A program made the translations under genes and the position numbers. The notes under the pieces are model-generated. The model saw nothing but the letters and a program-made list of their open reading frames with translations, was not told the DNA's origin and did not search any database. Positions 61,785 to 64,000 of a stretch of 64,000 nucleotides of DNA are shown here, piece after piece. Within the stretch, counting starts at the first letter, position 1, and every line of letters starts with the position of its first letter. Source of the DNA: Eremomyces bilateralis CBS 781.70 (taxonomy: Eukaryota); the NCBI GenBank assembly GCA_010015585.1, contig ML975188.1. One strand, given 5' to 3'.

Positions 61785-63338
61785 ATGATCCGCTCCGTCG
61801 CATTAGCAGCTACAGCTGCATACCTGCTTTTGAACCCCGCTGCGGCCGCGGGCTTGTATACAAAAGGGTCGCCGGTTCTCCAGGTCGATAGTACAAACTA
61901 TGACCGTCTCATTACAAAATCCAACTACACATCTGTAAGTCAAACCGCATTGGCATCAAGAGGTTGCTAACCCCTCTCTAGATCGTCGAGTAAGGAACAT
62001 ATATCGTTTCCAACGAGACAATCCTAACAATATATCAGATTCTACGCGCCTTGGTGCGGACATTGCCAGAGCCTCAAGCCGGCATACGAAAAAGCGGCCA
62101 AGAGCTTAGATGGCCTCGCCAAGGTCGCCTCGGTCAATTGCGACGCGGAAGAGAATAGGCCGCTCTGCGCTCGTTTTGACGTCAAAGGATTCCCGACTCT
62201 CAAGATCATCAAACCGTCGAAGAAGCCAGGAAAACCCACGGTGGAGGATTATCAGGGCCCGCGGACTGCGAAAGGCATTACCGATATCGTTGTGGACAAG
62301 ATCCCGAACCATGTCACAAGGGTCAAGGACAATGAGCTAGACGGCTGGCTCGATCAGGACAATAGTACGGCGAAGGCGATTCTCTTCACTGAGAAAGGCA
62401 CGACGAGCGCATTGTTGCGTGCACTGGCCATTGACTTTTTGGGTAGCATCAATGTTGCGCAGATCAGAAACAAGGAGGAGAAGGCAGTGGAGGCGTTTGG
62501 TATCGCCAAGTTTCCGAAGCTAGTTCTCCTCCCAGGGGGCGACAAGGAAAGTTTGGTTTACGATGGGGAGATGAAGAAGGAACCGATTTCGAAATTCCTT
62601 TCTCAAGTCGCTACTCCGAATCCGGATCCTGCGCCTGCACCGGAGAAGGCGAAGAAGCCGAAGAAGGCTTCAAAGGCGAAATCAACCGAGTCGGATTCCT
62701 CTGAAGAGGAAATTCCCCATGACAAGCCTCAAAAACCCATCATTCCGGACGAAGCGACTGAAGAGGCTTCCAGTGCCCCACTAGTCGTCGCCGGAGCCCC
62801 AGAAATCCCCGAAGCCCAGGCTGGTGCCGACCTCCAAGCTGCTTGCCTCTCGACCAAATCCAAGGTGTGTGTTCTTGCCCTCCTGAACCAAAATTCGGAC
62901 GGCGACGAGAGCGCATCACAACTACTTGGCAGCCTCAGCGACATTGCCTTCAAACATGTCCAGAGGAAGGCGAAAATCTTCCCATTCTACTCGGTCCCGT
63001 ATGGAGAAGAACAGGAGAAACTTCGAGAGCAGCTTGGTTTGAAGCCGAGCAGCGACCTCGATCTGATCGCGACGAATGGCAAGCGGTCGTGGCTCAAGCG
63101 ATACGGAGGCGAGAACTACGGCGTGATGGCGGTGGAGACCTGGATTGATGCAATTCGAATGGGAGAAGGAAAGAAGGAGAAGTTCCCTGAGGGTGTCATC
63201 GGGGTCGAAACCGTGGAGCCGGAACCGGAGGCACATCAGGAGGAGTCGCAACCGATCATTGACGATCAGGAGAACCCATTGAAGGTTGAGATCGTCGAAG
63301 AGATCATTGAAGAGACCTCTCAGCATGATGAGTTGTGA
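61785..63338 (+). CDS. mpd1: Mpd1/PrpA-like protein disulfide isomerase
   Basis: Introns 61935-61981 and 61990-62038 around an 8-nt exon. Signal peptide, EFYAPWCGHC, DYQGPRTAK, C-terminal HDEL. Confidence 0.92.
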
Positions 63339-64000
63339 GACCTACGGACGTCTTTGGACTTTCCATGTACTATATGAATTCTAGGCGTTCCGCAACAGGC
63401 GATATTCGGAAATGTTTACCATTGAAGCGCTAGCATTTCATAGGAAACTCGGATTGACTTCGCACCTGCCTTCGCTTCCGAGGCGGAGTTGCCCGATATT
63501 AAGTGATTGAATCAAAATCTCTGGCATCGTGCATGGGAGTGGATCCGAACGAAAATTTCTGGACGTTCGAGACCGCAACGCGTGGGATTTCCGCTGCCTT
63601 GCGCGGGTGGTGAATTGATATCCAATAATCGTGTCCTGCTAGATTCACCTTACGTTATAGTGCCTGGCGATCAAATCTCTTCAGCAAGACCGTGTCAATG
63701 TGTTCTATCACCCACTGAGCAATGATGAAGTTGACGATCTCGAATACGTACAATCGTGAACCGCAAAGGAACAACCGTGTACATAACAAGCCGCACATGC
63801 GGCAGTACGACCGGAAGTACATTCTGGCCAATTGCTCTTCTACAAGCACTAGGCAGTATTTGTATAGCTTAGCCGTGAGAGTGTGAGACGTGGTGGTCGA
63901 CCGGTCATGGCAAACACAGGCGCAGAACTCTGCATACGGGACGGCACGAGACCTCTCTGCAGAGTCTCTGGTGCATTTTCTGGAATGCTTCAGCTTTCCT

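Overview
Eukaryotic, intron-containing DNA from a filamentous ascomycete (Pezizomycotina-type GTRNGT/CTRAC/YAG introns). Most of the window is conserved housekeeping genes: GH5 exo-1,3-beta-glucanase, RAD50, a double F-box protein, WC-2-like PAS-GATA factor, flavohemoglobin, a four-finger C2H2 transcription factor, epsin, SRP40, SEC3, a cyclase-family hydrolase, secreted large catalase, a UBE2G1/Ubc15-like E2, an ATG14/UVRAG-family protein, GH17 BtgE/Scw11, VTA1 and an Mpd1-like PDI. Accessory DNA: (i) the 3' part of a CACTA/Plavaka-like DDE transposase gene in one reading frame broken only by two in-frame stops, followed by a candidate element end; (ii) a TIR element with an 8-bp target-site duplication in the RAD50/F-box divergent promoter, spanning a 990-N assembly gap; (iii) a 201-bp TA-flanked MITE; (iv) a 25-bp minisatellite; (v) pseudogenes of a non-catalytic pepsin-like protein and of a small secreted protein. 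A recurrent, abrupt switch from C-rich to G-rich sequence occurs about a dozen times, mostly near gene 3' ends. All calls come from reading the sequence and recalled family motifs; no searches or computations were run.
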